The notes beneath the pieces were generated by a model. The model did no database searches. It worked only from the letters and a program-made list of their open reading frames with translations, and was not told the origin of the DNA. A stretch of 64,000 bases of DNA from the NCBI GenBank assembly GCA_030390025.1, contig CM059432.1, forward strand, positions 104,842,001 through 104,906,000. The letters are read 5' to 3'. Origin of the DNA: Squalus acanthias (Eukaryota). This document shows positions 12,113 through 26,201 of this stretch, one piece after another. The translations under genes and the position numbers were made by a program. Positions within the stretch are counted from its first letter, which is position 1, and each line of letters opens with the position of its first letter.

Positions 12113-15100
12113 TTAAATTTACTAATTGATGAATAAATCTACATGACATTCCGTGAGAAAATCTGCCCAATTTATTGCTTCAGTGCAGTAATGAATTTGC
12201 AAGCCACTCGTGTAATAGTACACTTGAATCAGACCTGTAACCAGCACAATACAAACAGCTCAGGCCAACAAGGACTGTCGAAGCACTGCTTCTTTTCATT
12301 GAGGAATTATTTTAAAAGATGTACAGGATTTCAACTTCTGCCCAAGTAAAAACTAAGTCAAACCATTATTGTTTTTAAAAGGTACAGGTATATGCAGTTA
12401 TAATTTCCGTTGATTAATCATTTTGTTTTGCTGCTACATTTTTCATTCTAAAATACACAATTTGAAAATGTTACACAAAAGAACAAACACCAAATTTCAG
12501 TTTAATTGTTACATGCAACTTTCTGTTATTACTAAATTATAAGCAGTCCCTTTAGTAGCTTACAACAGTTTGTTGAATGATTCATGCTTTACCTATTTCT
12601 TGACATTTCAGACAATTAAAAAAAACTTATTTTCTAAGCCACTAAGCCACTGGTTTCCCTGGGGTGTTTCCCATTGAACTGCAGAAGTGGAAGAAAGATG
12701 AAGCTTACAAGCAGCAAACCCTGGCGTATTCTGTGAATGGCCAGTTGTACTGTTAATCATAAAAGAAAAAAAAATCAGGGAGTTGCATGCACGGAGGCAT
12801 GCTGAGAATTGTAGCTTGCAACCTTGTTGAGTCTCTTCAGTGATGGCCTAGGTAACTCCCATCAACTCAAGTCCTAGGCTTCTCAGAGAAGCACATGCCT
12901 TTGATGAAAACATTTTAAGACATATTTTAAACAAGAAAATGGTATTGTACAAGTAAATTAAAAAACTTCCTTGTAATTTTTATATTTTTTGTATCTTATA
13001 ATATTACAAACGTATTTCCAGTACTATTTTCATTAGTGAAAGTGCAAAATAGTGGTGATAGAATTTAAAAAAAATACTTTGAGCAACTTCATTAGCTCAC
13101 CTTAGTGGTAGCTTTTGTTAACTGTCCATTGTTGAACAATTGTTTTCATATACCATTAGTATTTACCCAGTTTAAGTCTATCTGACTGTGTTTTTATTGG
13201 TATGTTCCATACTTGTTTAGTTGTGATTAAATTTAGGCCAAATAAGGTGCAAGTGTGACACATCAAATTTGACATCACAGATGTTGCTCGTGGGAAGTTG
13301 AATTACTGTATATGCTAATATGCAGAACTGTGCAGGTATGACAGCACTATAGGCTGGTATACATCTATTGTCATGTTCTGTTGGGGGCAGCAAAATACAA
13401 CTGACATACATTAAGATTTAAAAAAAGGCTACATTTTTAAAAGAGTAACCTGATGTGCCATTTAGGGCTGCGGTTCCCCACACAACTGGATTCTGATCTG
13501 AACTACTTCATCAGGAGCAGAGGTGAGTGAAGAAAAGAAGGTGCGTCAATCTGGGTGATGCACACAACCGTGTGGCTGGTTATACAGTAGTATCGGCAGA
13601 GGCTGGATTTTCCATCTACTTTTTCATCTCGGGAATATTGTGGTATTTTTAAAAAATGGAATTAAAAAAACTGCAAATTGATGTTTAAAAGGGGTCTAAG
13701 TCAATGACAAAATAGAATTGATCTAGATCCTTTGAGAAGTACTGTATTATGAGGAATGTATAATTATCTGGTATGTGAAGTTGTCTGTTTAATGTTTAAC
13801 AGCTGTTTTTATTAAAAAGCATTTGATGAATCACAGGAAACCTGTAATTGGCCTCCTGCAGCAGCATGTTCCTGGGTGAAGTGTGAACTGTAGATTCAAA
13901 CTAATCAAAGCAGGAAATAAAATAAAATCAAATTCCAGCTGGGGAAACCCTCACAACTGTAACAATGCAATATGGAAACATCTGTGTGATAACCGGCACT
14001 GAAAGTAATTACTAGGAAAGAATTGGCTCATGAACTATTCCACCAAGACAGACATAACAGAATTCTTCAAATAATTACAGTACATTATTAATTCCAGAGA
14101 GACAGTTACAATACCCATGTCCTTTATTGAGTGCAAATTAGTTTCAGTATAATTGTGTGACCTGATACATCGTACCTACAAATAAATTTAGAAATATCTA
14201 GTTCAGACTCATAACATATTAGATCTTAAATAGTTAACATAAAGCCTTAACATCAATTTTCTGAAATGTAGTCTTAATGCAAGCTTATTAAATATGTAAC
14301 TAAAGATGCCAAACTTAAGTCATGCAGGTGGAGCGGAAACAACTGTCTTCCTAATACAACAGTAACTGACTGCACAGTTAACCACAGGGTGCTGCTATCA
14401 GTGACATAAATGCAGATACCAAGGGACATGGACACGTGTTTGTCAGACTCGCAGCAGTGCATCCATCAGGAAATGAAACAGCATTAAGAATTATGCATTC
14501 CTTTGAATTCACTTTCACATAATCTAATTTCCTTTCTGCAACTTATATGTAATTGACATTAATTCATTTTCATCTCAAATGCCCAATGAAGCAGATATGA
14601 TGGGCCAAATGGCCTGTTTCTTACTGTAACATTCTATGATTCTATTATAAGTATTAGTTACCCGCCATAGAACATTCAACAGTAGTTACTATTCAGATAA
14701 CCCTTTATCTTTCCCAATTCCAAGTTATTTAAGCCCTTAGTTACTTTCCTCTGAATATTTATAGAGTAGCCAGATGTTAGATTAGTCTTAAAAAACCTAC
14801 TATTTTCTTGAATTGCATTGGCTGTAAATCAATATTCCATCTAACATAACCTGACAAGAAGAATGTAACTAGAGTCCATTCCTATTTTAATTCAAATTAC
14901 AATTCATAAGCCATGAGACAAAAGGAATTAATTTTCAAGTCTTAAAACGTGATTGAAAACTGCAAGTCACATGAGACACATTCCGCATCAATAATGTCTG
15001 AAGCAAATACAATATGCAGACATCACACTGCATTATATGCTTCTCTTTACATTAGTATGTAGGCAATATGAGGGCCTACTAGTATAGCTCATGGATTTAT

Positions 15101-15464
15101 TTAAGCAACTCTCAGTATGAATCGGAGTCAACTTAGAGATACCCAGGAGAACTGCAATATTTCCCCAAAAAGAAAAGCAGGAAAACAATTGGGAGGAGCC
15201 ATCTCATGCCACTAATAGCAGCATAGAGTATTCCACATTTGCACCAGCAAAGCATGGCTCTTGCCACACACTTGGTTAGAGTAGCGCACATTGTATGAGA
15301 CAGGGATGGAGGGGAAAAATAGTTGTAAATGTCACACTATGATCACATTTGGTTCTGAATCAATATCATAATATCCAATTACACTTTAGCCAAGTGCTAT
15401 ATCTTTGACAATAAAGGCCAGCTATACAGCAAATCAAATCAAATGAACCCAACCTCTTGTTTAC

Positions 15465-16810
15465 AAAGAAATTACAGCAAGGAAACAAGTCATTTGTACA
15501 CACCAGTCCATGTTGGTGGTTGTCCTCCACACGAGCAGTAGTCCTAATCCCATATGCCTGCCCGGCTCCCATATCTTTTTATCCCCCATTCTTTCAACCA
15601 TCTAACAAAGTCTCTGCTTCAATCAGTAACTCTAGTAGTGCATTCCACAGCCTCACAACTCTGTAAAAAGTTTCTTCTACTCCCTCCTCTAAATCTTTTC
15701 TAGTCAACCTTGTGTCTATGTCCTTTTATTCTTGACCCCCCCACCATTAGAAACAGCCTGTTTCTATCTACCATATCCCAACCCTTCATAATTTGAAACA
15801 CCTATCGAATCACTGTGTAATATCCTTTGTTTTTAAACAAAAATAGGCCCAATTTTTCAAGTCTTTCTTCGTATTTGTATTTACTGATACTAGGCAGCAT
15901 GCTAGTGAATCTGCGCTGTACCCTCTATTACCATAACATCCTCCCTATGGCGTGCAGCTGCACATAGTGTGATCTTACTAAGGTTTTACACAGATTCACC
16001 ATTACAGCCTGACTTTTATATTCTATATTCCTTGCCATAAAACCCAGTATTCCATCAGCTTATTTCATGTTCCTATCCACTTGAGCTGCTGCTTTTAACG
16101 TCTTGTGAACCTGATCCCCAAATCCCTCTGCTCTTCCACAACATCCAACACCCCCCACCCCCCACAAGTGTAATTGTTACTTTTATTTTATTTTACACCA
16201 AAATTACTGACATTGAATTCCATCTGCCACGTGTTTGCCCATTCCACCATCTTATCAATATCCCGTAGCATTTTCTTTGGTCATTTATTTAATATGCCTC
16301 CTATTTTAGTGTTGTCTTGCAAATCTGGTCTCATATCCAAATCAGTGATGTACATAGTGAACAGAACCCTGTGGAATACCGATACTCATTTCCAACCACT
16401 CTGAGAAATTGCTCTCACCTCCTACTCCCCGTTTCCTCCCTTCTAACTAATTTTTAATCCAATTTTCTACCTTTTCCATAATTCCATACCTCTTACTCTT
16501 CCCCAATAGTCTCCTGTGTGGTGTCTTATAAAGGGCTTTCTGAAAGTCCATGTACACCATATCTGTCACCTCATCAAATTAATCAGGTCTGTCAAGCACA
16601 ATATTCTTTTCTGAAATCCGTACTGGGTGCTTCTAATTATTTACATAAGGAGAAATTTCATCTTTAAATAAATTCTAAAACTTTCCCTACCACAGATGTT
16701 AAACTAACCGGCCTGTAATTACCCAGGTTAGCTCTGTCCTCCATTTTTGAAAATTGGTATTACACTGACCACTCGCCAGTCCTCCGGCACACATCCACAA
16801 TCAGTAGAAC
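15465..16810 (-). mobile_element. Old, decayed CR1 LINE fragment
   Basis: Minus strand retains NYRPVSLTSVVGK-like (~16680-16720) and DFQKAL-like motifs and a 3' UTR, with many deletions. Confidence 0.8.
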
Positions 16811-16899
16811 CTTGATCCTTATCTACATGCCAATACTCCAGCAGTTTCCTCAACTTCATATTATGCTAATACAGAAAAACCTGGAGGCTTACTTCCCCA

Positions 16900-17195
16900 T
16901 AACCTTTCTTTGTGACGCATGCTAGGCAATGGTTCCATGAACAGAGCATCCCTCTGGTACCTCACCCAAGTGGCCATTCTTCATGGATGAGCCTGGACAG
17001 TGACCATGAGGCTACCACAGCTGAGCCCAAACTGGTCTTCACCTGGCATTTATTTTTCAGCAAGGCCATTAGAGAACAATGAGGAGCAGGAACCCTAGCT
17101 GATTTCCCTCAACCCTTCTGGCCCAGAGACACTAAGGCCAACATAGAGCAGACATGGACCCCAGGTCTCAATGTACCAATGGAATCATTGTGGGA
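16900..17195 (-). mobile_element. Ancient SINE (AmnSINE2-like) copy
   Basis: GGTACCTCACCCAAGTGGCCATTCTTCATG..GAGCCTGGACAGTG..GGAGCAGGAACCCTAGCTGATTT. Confidence 0.6.
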
Positions 17196-17388
17196 ATGGA
17201 GAAAGGGTCATGGATCTTTTGAGTTTGACATTTTGTTAATACAATAATCTCTAACATGTTATACAATCATAGATGATGGAAATAAAAACTAGGAGATTCT
17301 GTACCAATCACCTACAATCTCCACTCCCCCCACCCCCCGACCGTTCAGAAACGTCTTCAAAACAGTTTAATATTGTTCAAAAAATAAT

Positions 17389-18108
17389 GGCCCGGAATTA
17401 GCGGTCAGCGGGGAATCGAAGGCATTCGCTGCTGGCCCCGAAGTACATTCCACACAAGTATCTCATGATCCCCTGTCCAGAACTTCGGATTTTCTGATCT
17501 ACAATTCAATTCAATGCAACTTAAAGGGGATCCCCTTGTGCGAACTGCTGTGACGTCAACAAGCTGTCTAAGCAGCCAATCAAAAGACAGAATTCTCAGA
17601 CCGTGAACAAGGAAGTGAGTAAGCAAAAGAAAAATTGGGGTTCTCACATGGGGAAAAGGCAAACCTGAAATAAAGATGGGCAAATTTTTAAAACAATTTT
17701 TAAAAAGTTTCTTAAAAATTTTAATTTTTATTAAAATGGACAAATTTCACACTGCACAAAATTAAAATTAGTATTCCAGGCCATTAACATTTCTGTAGCA
17801 ATCAAAACCCCAGTTACACCTAATCCCTCTGGGTCTAACTTTTAGTGGGGAATTTAACAGCGTACTTACTGTGGAAGAGTTGAAGTTTTCGTCAGTTTCA
17901 ATGATTAACGAGATTTCACTGATTGCCGGCTCTCTGAGGGGTGGGGGGTACAGCGCAGCCAGTTTCTGAGCTGTCATTGACAGACCACAACTTTGTTTTC
18001 TGGACGCGTCTACACACGCAACAAATCCCGAAGTTGCGGTCACTTTCAAAGATGAAATGATGGCGAACGCTGCCAGTTCACTGTAATCCTGACCGCAAAT
18101 TCCAGGCC
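17389..18108. mobile_element. Non-autonomous TIR element (PIF/Harbinger-like MITE)
   Basis: 20-bp TIRs GGCCCGGAATTAGCGGTCAG / CTGACCGCAAATTCCAGGCC (2 mismatches) and an AAT target-site duplication. Confidence 0.85.
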
Positions 18109-18159
18109 AATGAGTGATTACTGAACTAAATGTTTATGGCTACAATACAGCTCTCCTAC

Positions 18160-18267
18160 CTGTAGTAACAACCTTTCATCTCCAACGACAACAGCTTGGT
18201 TCCAGTCAATGACTTCTGAAAATGGCAGCTCCCAGCCGTTACTTAACATCACTGGAATACATGCAGC
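18160..18267 (-). CDS. EXT1: EXT1-family exon 3 (108 nt): [36 protein letters not shown]
   Basis: Manual translation. CAG/GTAG boundaries, in frame with exon 2. Confidence 0.95.
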
Positions 18268-18564
18268 CTGTAACAAGTTACAGAAAACTATTAATAGTTG
18301 TAGGGAAAAACATACAAATGTGTGTGAAAGATAAAAATGCCTAAATAAGTATGTAATATTAAAGGAATATTCTTTGGCATCTGTGGTAAGATTTCAGAGT
18401 TGGGAACTTTTTGCATAAAGCACTTTGCCTATTATATACTTAACCCTTATTCCCCTACTCATTACTTGAGAAACCTTGTCTTCCTCTTCTGGAGGACAAA
18501 ACATGGAAGAAACAGATTTATGTTAGATCATTAAAAATATTAACACTAAAGACTACAGATTTTT

Positions 18565-18795
18565 AAATTCATTCCCGGGATGTGGGCATCGCTGGCAAGG
18601 CCAGCATTTATTGCCCATCCCTAGTTGCCCTGAGAAGGTGGTGGTGAGCCGCCTTCTTAAACTGCTGCAGGTTTGGTACACTAAGTGGCAGTTAAGAGTC
18701 AACCAAATTGGTGTGGAACTCTTGTTCTGTGGATTATTAGTCCAGGCTTCTGAATGACTAACCCAGTGACATAACAACTACACTACCGTACCCAT
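18565..18795 (-). mobile_element. Internally deleted SINE carrying the 3' tail of the LINE at 43190-44535
   Basis: Reverse complement of GCTCACCACCACCTTCTCAGGGCAACTAGGGATGGGCAATAAATGCTGGCC, joined to a SINE head shared with 22535-22897. Confidence 0.7.
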
Positions 18796-19565
18796 AGAAA
18801 TGACAATGCGGGAACAGGTCATTTGGCCCAAGCACTCTATCACCATTTACCACACAAGCAATTCATTCTCAAATCACAGTTACTTACCCTGTTCCCATAT
18901 CCCTTTATCCACCTATCCAATCTAATTTTGAACGTTTTCATAGTTTCTGCCTCAAACACTAACCAAAAGAAGTGAATTTCACAGCCTCACAACTCTGTGT
19001 GAAGAAGTTCCTCCTGCCTATTCTAAATCCTTTTACATTTAGTCTTGGATCCATGGCACCTCATTTTAGAACCTTCAACTACTGAAAACAGTTCTTTTAT
19101 CTACTCTATCCCGTCCTTTCAGAATTTTAAACACTACACATATTGCACCACAATCGGCCTTGTTCTAACGAAAAAAAGGCTCAATTTTTCAAGTCTTCCT
19201 TTGTATTTCCTTGTACCAGGCAACAGCCTAGTGAGTCTGTGTTGCTCCCTCTCTAAAGCCTCATTCTTCTTATAGTGCGGAGCCTAATACTGCACGCAGT
19301 ACTGAGGTCTTAATCAGGTTATATACAGGCTCATCATTATCTCTTGGCTTTTATATTCTATACTGGAGATAAAACCTAGAATTCTAATAGCTTTTTTAAA
19401 GCCTTACCAACTTGAGGTGCTGCCTTTAATGTTCTGTGAACCTGTACTCCCAAATCCCTCTGCTCTTCCATAGCACCGAGCCTACTGCCATTCATAGTAT
19501 AATTACTGCTGTTATTTTTTAACCAAAATGCACCACGAGACATACCAGCTCAGAATGATGCAGTT
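18795..19565 (-). mobile_element. Old CR1 3' fragment
   Basis: Decayed LRPQYCVQY-like and LEREQHRLTR-like motifs and a CR1 3' UTR on the minus strand. Confidence 0.75.
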
Positions 19566-20271
19566 AAAACATATACAGATGCTGCCACCAGTCCCTACTT
19601 TATGAGCAGTATACTGTAAAATCAGAATTAAATTCCTGGGGAATGACTCAATGATAAAAAGGGAAAAGAATCTGTCCCTAGATACACAATATTGAAAATC
19701 AGAACATTTTGATAACTTGGTAACTGTTAACACTCAGGTAAAAGCAGTACTAAAAGTATCCACCAAAACAAGTCAGTAGCATAACTTCCATTACTGAGGT
19801 AACTTGCATAACTATGCACTTTGTACATTCTGATGCCAGATTGCACATAACTTGCACACCAGTTTTTGGTGTCTCATCATTTTATATTTTGCGTCTAAGT
19901 TCTGTTACCATTTTGGCTAATTTTTTTTTTACAAAAGGAGAAAGCAAATATGACTGTGCCATACACCATCCATGGGCATCTTACATCCAAACTGCAGCTT
20001 TGAAACCAACATCTAGGACTTGCTTAAGTGTAATCTGGGGAGGACTCCTGAATTTCTTGTTTCCCCGGTGAGCTGTTTGGCTCCCACTTCCCGCTTCTCC
20101 ACAGTAACACTGCTGCGATGGGGAACTCAGTGGTGTGGGAGATCTCCGGCTCTAACTTGTGTCTTACCACAGCACGACACCATTTGCTGGTGCTCAAACA
20201 TGTTTACACTTTCCTTTGTTATTAACTACTGCACTCATTGCTCTGAAAATATTTCATTATCGTCATCAACT

Positions 20272-20555
20272 TAAGAAAGAAAAAACTTGCTTTTAGGTTG
20301 CGCCTTCTCGCACCCTCAGGAAGTAGCAAAGCGCTTCACTGCCAATAAATTATTTAAAAATTATAATCAATGTTGTAATGTAAGGAAATGTGGCACCCAA
20401 TTTGGCAGATTAAGGCCCCACAAACAGCAAATGAGATAAATGACCAGTTAATCTGCTTTAGTGGTTTTGGTTGAGCTGCCTGATCTTCTTTGAATAGTGC
20501 CATAGGATATTTCACCTGAAGAAGCAGACTGGCCCTTGCTTAACGTCTCTTCCTA
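20272..20555 (-). mobile_element. Deu-domain SINE (SacSINE1-like) fragment
   Basis: Reverse-complement similarity to 62466-62905. Confidence 0.7.
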
Positions 20556-22353
20556 GTTCTGTGACTCATCAACACTGTAAATATTTAATTCTAATGTTTG
20601 ACATCAAGCACCTATAACAATGCAGTGCTCCCACTTCCACTTTCCATTTATTAGATATAGGAAGGAACAAGTAGCAGTGATTATATCCATAATAGAGATA
20701 GGAGTGAAGGGGACGCAGAAGAGGTATAAAAAGTTACACATTTTTAAAAAAAATGATAAATTAAATTTGAATTATTTTGGGCTGTACCTGCCTCGAATTT
20801 CTAACTTTAATCCCACAGGACAGAATTTTCAAGATACTAATTTCTAACTAGTCCTGCGAGAGAGAAAAACTGTCTCACAAAGTCACCAGGAGTACAACGT
20901 GCTTTAAAATTAATATTTTATACCAGCTGTGAAAACTTTATGATTTATCGTAAGTATCAAGAATCATCTATATACTAATATAGGAGTCTGCAAATTTCAA
21001 ATGAATGCTAATCTAACTGAATAAATGACAAGTTACATACTACCAACCCAATTTTTTAAGTTTAAATGGCACAGGACTTCTTTCCTTTGAAAATTCATTT
21101 AGCTTTTCAAAGGTGAACAATGAAACCATCTGCCGTCATCTGAAGTTCAGCATATTATAAACTAGAAAGTGGGTTCCCCTAGAAAGACAGTTCTCGTTAC
21201 ACTACTGATTCTGGGTCATTAGAAACATTCAAATGGAGTGCCATCGACTTTCTCACTCGTCTAATGCCTTTCAATTGCCATTGCCAGGAAGTATAAGCCT
21301 GCACCTTATGTACACAAAGCAAGCAAGTGATCTGTAGCTCTAAAAGATGATAACCCATGTTCCAATTCTGGTTAACAATGGGAACATTTGAGGGTTCTCA
21401 GTTTACTTATTCACTGGTCTTCAATGATCTGCATTTCACCCAGAGTTAAAATTGGTCAGAACTAACTCCAGCTATTTTTAAATTAATCCCAGCATCTTTC
21501 ATTTAATTTTGCTAATCATGATTTCAATTACTTCATGCTAAAAATTATAATATTATAAAAGTAACAGTTGTGCCAGAACAGTGGAATACAAGTCTAAAGA
21601 GGTTACATTGAGATTTTCTAATGCACTGGTCAGACCTCACCTGGAATAAGTTCATAACTAGACCCATCCAATTCCACTACTGCAAGAGTGTCCATGCCTT
21701 TAGTTTTTGTGGGTTGCCTGGGTGTGTAGCATGGAATCTCGGAGGTCATATATAAAGTGTAAATCCATGTTGCCATTAATTTGCATCTTAATTTACATCT
21801 CAAGTTGTTGGTACTAACAGAATATGGTGTGTTTAATTTAGGATTTGTTCATCAGTGATGCAGCATTGTTAATAACTGTCCTTTCCAAACCACAACATCC
21901 AGACAGACAATCCAGAGAATAAGAAACAAGCACAAATAGTCCCCAGTTGCTTGGGTTTAAGGGTTGGATTGCTCGGGGTCAGGGTCACAGTTTACACATC
22001 AATGCACTATAAGACCCTAGTTAATTAGATTACTGTTTTGTGTGGGGTGGGGGGGGGGGGGGGGGGGGGGGGGGGCGGGGGGAGAAGCAGAAAACAATCT
22101 CTCACCAACAGCTATGCACACTTAGACTGGTTGAAGTAAAAAGGCAGGTGTAACTGCATTCAAGTGTAAAAGGATTAGGATTGGCCTTAGCCTTCCCCTA
22201 TGGAATCCTAAATGTAAGTGAGCATCTCCACTGAACATAAATGCTACAAATACACACAAAGAAAGATGCTAATAGTGCTGCACGTTTTCAACCTCAAGTT
22301 TATATATATTTTTTTAAAGCAAAGCATCATCTATATCATTGTACTTCAATTAC

Positions 22354-22447
22354 CTGTAAAGCCTCCAGAAACCGGAAAGATCCCAGTCTACGGCCCCTTG
22401 GAACCAAACAGAAGGTGGAATTGTGCAACATCTCACGATAATCATAT
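22354..22447 (-). CDS. EXT1: Exostosin-1 family glycosyltransferase, coding exon 2 (94 nt): [32 protein letters not shown]
   Basis: Manual translation matches the recalled vertebrate EXT1 GT47 segment. TAG acceptor and GTAA donor. Size 94 nt. Confidence 0.95.
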
Positions 22448-22534
22448 CTAGGAAAGAATAAGTAGGAACAAATAGTAAAATAAAGCTCAACCAAATTCTC
22501 TCAACTCAATCAACAATAGTATTTAACCGTTTCA

Positions 22535-22897
22535 AAATTCATTCTTGGGAGGTGGCATTTACTGCCCATCCCGAGATGCCCTAACTGAGTGGCTTGCTCA
22601 GCGACTTCAGAGGGCAGTTAAGAGTCAACCACGTTGGTGTGGGACTGGAGTCACATATAGGCCAGACTGGGTAAGTATGGCAGGTTTCCTTCCCTAAAGG
22701 ATATTAGTGAACCAGTTGGGTTTTTATGACAATTCAACAGCTTCATGGTCACTTTTACTGGTTATCAGATTTTTATTTCCAGTTTAAAAAAAAACTGAAT
22801 TCAAATTCTCAAACTGCCATGGTGGGATTTGAGCTCATGTTCTCTGGATTATTAGTCTCTGAGTTACTAGTCCAGTAAAACAACCACTACACTAACT
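22535..22897 (-). mobile_element. tRNA-derived SINE with an CTGGTTCACTAATATCCTTTAGGGAAGGAAACCTGCC core
   Basis: Minus-strand head GTAGTGGTT..ACTGGACTAGTAA..GAGCTCAAATCCCACCATGGCAG. Tail GGGATGGGCAGTAAATGC matches the LINE 3' end at ~44470. Confidence 0.75.
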
Positions 22898-24929
22898 GAT
22901 CCTGACACTGGGCACTTGAAATGGGTAATGCGGTGCGCCCCAAAAGGCTCAGGAGGTTTACCCAGTGAATAACCGTGCAATACTGAACAAGAAGGTGCCA
23001 CTTCAATCCCCAGTCTGTGTGGAGCTAGCTGACTTCAGCCACAGCAGTGGTAGAGGTGTGATAACTAGTCTCAGTATCCCTAAGTTAAGGAGGAGGAAAA
23101 AAAAGAGTCCAGGCGTCCACTTCTGACTGTGGTTTGATTTCTGACATCAGTGTAAGCAAGTTCAGACTGAAGGATTGATTCAGGTTTGCTAGTCACAGAG
23201 ATCACCTCATAAATGCATGCCATATTGATCCTATCTAACTGCTAGATCTTCAAAGAAATGCAGGTTGAAATGCTGCCAATTTCTCTAAGGTTCACTCTGC
23301 TCTGTAAGGCAAGTTGCCTTTCTGTCCCGCTCCCTGCCATTCCCAATGGAGCTTGGAGCTTTGTCTTTCCCAGCACCAACCTAATCCTAGCCCACAGGCA
23401 AAGAAACGCAAACTTTTTAGGTAAAGCTATTTATGTTTACACAGGAATACCCAACCATTAGTGTGAATGCACTGCTTCAGAACCATTTGCTGAAACAACC
23501 ATGTAGAGCTAATTTGCACAAGAAAAGGTCACTGTCAATGGATTAAAGGTGTCCCTACAGAGATTAAATATAAAAATGAAATCATGCTGTATTAATTAAA
23601 GCACAAAAAACTGACTTCAAAGTAGAAATACTTCAATTTTTTTAAATATAAACTGAAAAGTTATTGAAAGTACAAACTCCGATGACTTGCGTCATGATTA
23701 GAAGCAGAAAGTTCACAGTTTGGAATTAGTTACACTGAGATTTATTTCATAATCAAGTTCCACTTTGCCAATTTAATTTACCATTTATCCAGCACTTCAT
23801 CAGTGAGAGGGGTCAGTAAACTGATTGTCTGAATGTTCAGATCCAATACTTTGCTGAATAAAACATACAGGCAGCAGCACACGCTTCTTTTGGAAAATAT
23901 TAACATGATGCAAGACAAGACCACTAGATGTTTCCAAGATGAGTGAAGCCAAACCAGCTGCAAACTACCTTCCACTGCTCCAAAGGACTTCAGTATTGCA
24001 CTTCAGGGGCCAAATGTGTACACACACATTTCTTGCACTTGATCAATAGTTGCTTTATAAACATACAAATTTGAGCCAATCACTACTAAACAGGTAGGTT
24101 CAAAAAACTTGGAACTTTAAACTTGACAAATCATAAATAGGCAAAATCAGCACAGCTACTAATGAAAAAAAACAGAAAAAGCAAAACAAATTCTTCAAAA
24201 TATATTCTGTACATCCTTTCAGTCACCATCTTGGGTTCTTCACAAAGCCGAGCACTTACTGCTTGAAGTAAGGTTTGCAACATAAGCAAGTCATAAAAAT
24301 TACAACATTTACAAGAAAATGATTAAACTTACCCACATAAAAGCATTTCCATGTTAGAAATAATTGCTACAATGCTTCCATCAGAAAACTCTGCTTCTGA
24401 GAAGCCAGAGGTTCCCAGACAAATGATTTAATTGAAGAGGCTCAAAGCCAGCGGGCTAGAGCTCACATACTGTACCTGTGCCTCCAGTTGCTGGAAATAC
24501 TTTATGATGACAACAAAACTGACCATTCACAGAGCATGCCAGAAATATAAGACCTACCCATTCCACTGATCAATTACAGAGAATGAATCCCCCACCCCCC
24601 AAAAACCATTTTAGAATTAACCAATTTTCTTTTACACTAAACAGCAGAATTATGTAAAGCATGAACTCTTTTCAACTTTTTCTGATGCAACTTTGAAAGC
24701 AAGAACATGCATACTTTTTCCCAGCTGATGTCTCACAGCTGTAGTTGGCATGTAAAAGATAATATGGATTCCACCACTATTTCCAGTAGGCCATCCTGAA
24801 TTCTAGCATCCTTTTGTGGAAAGAAATTATCCTAACCTCCATTTGCAAGTCTTTTCCAAGAATACTAGTCAAATTCCTGTGGCATTACGAACAAGGAATC
24901 AATACCAATTGCAGTCTCTAGGTTAACTA

Positions 24930-25350
24930 GGGCTGGAGGGAAGGGGATAAATGAACTTGGGCTAAGGGACGATTGTGACAAGAGGCCAGAGAGGGAAAGT
25001 AGAGTCTGGAGGGTGGGAAAAGCAAGATAGAGGGCAGGGAGGGAAAGAAGGTACAGCAGAATTAAAGACTGGGGGAAAAGAAAGACATAACCGGGCTAGA
25101 GGCTGGAGGGGGAGAGCATGAAGGAGGTTTAGAGGCTGGGGGTGGGGGGTGCAAAGGGAAAGGCAAAGCAGGATTAGCAGGTAGAGGAGAGTGAGCAGGT
25201 CAGGGAGAAAAGGAGGGAAAGGAATGGTCATCAGAGTAAAGTTGGAGCCCAGAGAAAGCAGCCACACTGCTGTAGCCAACACCACCAGTATGGCAAGCTT
25301 GGACAGAGTGAGAGAGAGCAAGAAGAAAGGGCAAGGGAGTGGCATGGCAG
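24930..25350 (+). repeat. Purine-rich (GA) low-complexity tract
   Basis: Strong G/A bias with loosely repeated GGCTGGAGGG motifs. Confidence 0.6.
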
Positions 25351-25649
25351 AGTTAAAAAAAAAATCACCAGCGCTACTTCAGAAGCATATGATAATGAAC
25401 TTAAAAGATGGATACCCTTTAAGTCTGAGAGTCACACTGAAGGAGCTGTCCCAGGTAGTCACATGCCTAATAACAATACTATGTAGGAGAACCCCAAGGA
25501 GAAGTTACACATTCACTCTGGGAAATTCACATTACAAAAAGTTTAACGAACAAAATTGTTATGCGTGCTAAGATTTCCCCAAGTTCTTAAGTACCATTGC
25601 TGCATTGTAAGCAATCAGCTAATGTCCACATTGCAAGAAGAGGAGACTT

Positions 25650-26201
25650 GGGCCTAAAAATTTGGTTGCTTTGCGCCTCCCGTTAGCGCCCTAAGAGGGC
25701 GTTAACGGGGCGCAAAGCAACTAGCGACGGGCGCGGTGCCGCCAACACCTCCCGTGAAATTCAGCAGGAGGTTAGCGCCACGGCCGCGATCTTTGGTAGC
25801 GCCCCCTGACTTACCGCTGGACGCTATGTCCGACGGGGTCAGGGGGGCGTTAATTAAAGGCGAGGTGCCGGGCGGCCATTTTTGTTGCTGGCTGCCTGCC
25901 AACACCTGCCCCCGTTGACGTCCCTGGCCTCCTGACCAGCCCCCCCGCGGAGTGACAGCTGCGCTCCGTGAGCCCGGCACTTCTCTTGACTGCCGGGCTC
26001 TTTTGCCGGTACTCTGATCCCTGGTGGCCCAGCTGGGCCCTGGGTCACGCTGCGCAAGGCCCCTCCCCCTTAAGGGGAGGAAGGCCTGCAGTACGTGCGC
26101 TACCGATGAATTTCGGCCGCGGGGGGGGGGGGGGGGGGGGGCTAGAAGTAGCGCCCCGGCGAAGTTAGCGCCCTAAAGGGGGTGCAACTCAATTTTTCCC
26201 C
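25650..26201. mobile_element. CpG-rich non-autonomous TIR element (Harbinger-like MITE)
   Basis: Termini GGGCCTAAAAATTTGGTTGC / GCAACTCAATTTTTCCCC, CTT on both flanks, subterminal TTAGCGCCCTAA near both ends. Confidence 0.7.

Noticed and set aside
22049-22082. Long poly-G tracts (also ~7373, ~32796, and poly-C at ~33132)
   Set aside because: Common simple repeats whose lengths are unreliable in assemblies. No specific function is supported.
24962-25571. ORFs of 126-127 aa in the purine-rich tract (similarly 37486-37839)
   Set aside because: Low-complexity composition explains the open frames, and no domain is recognisable.
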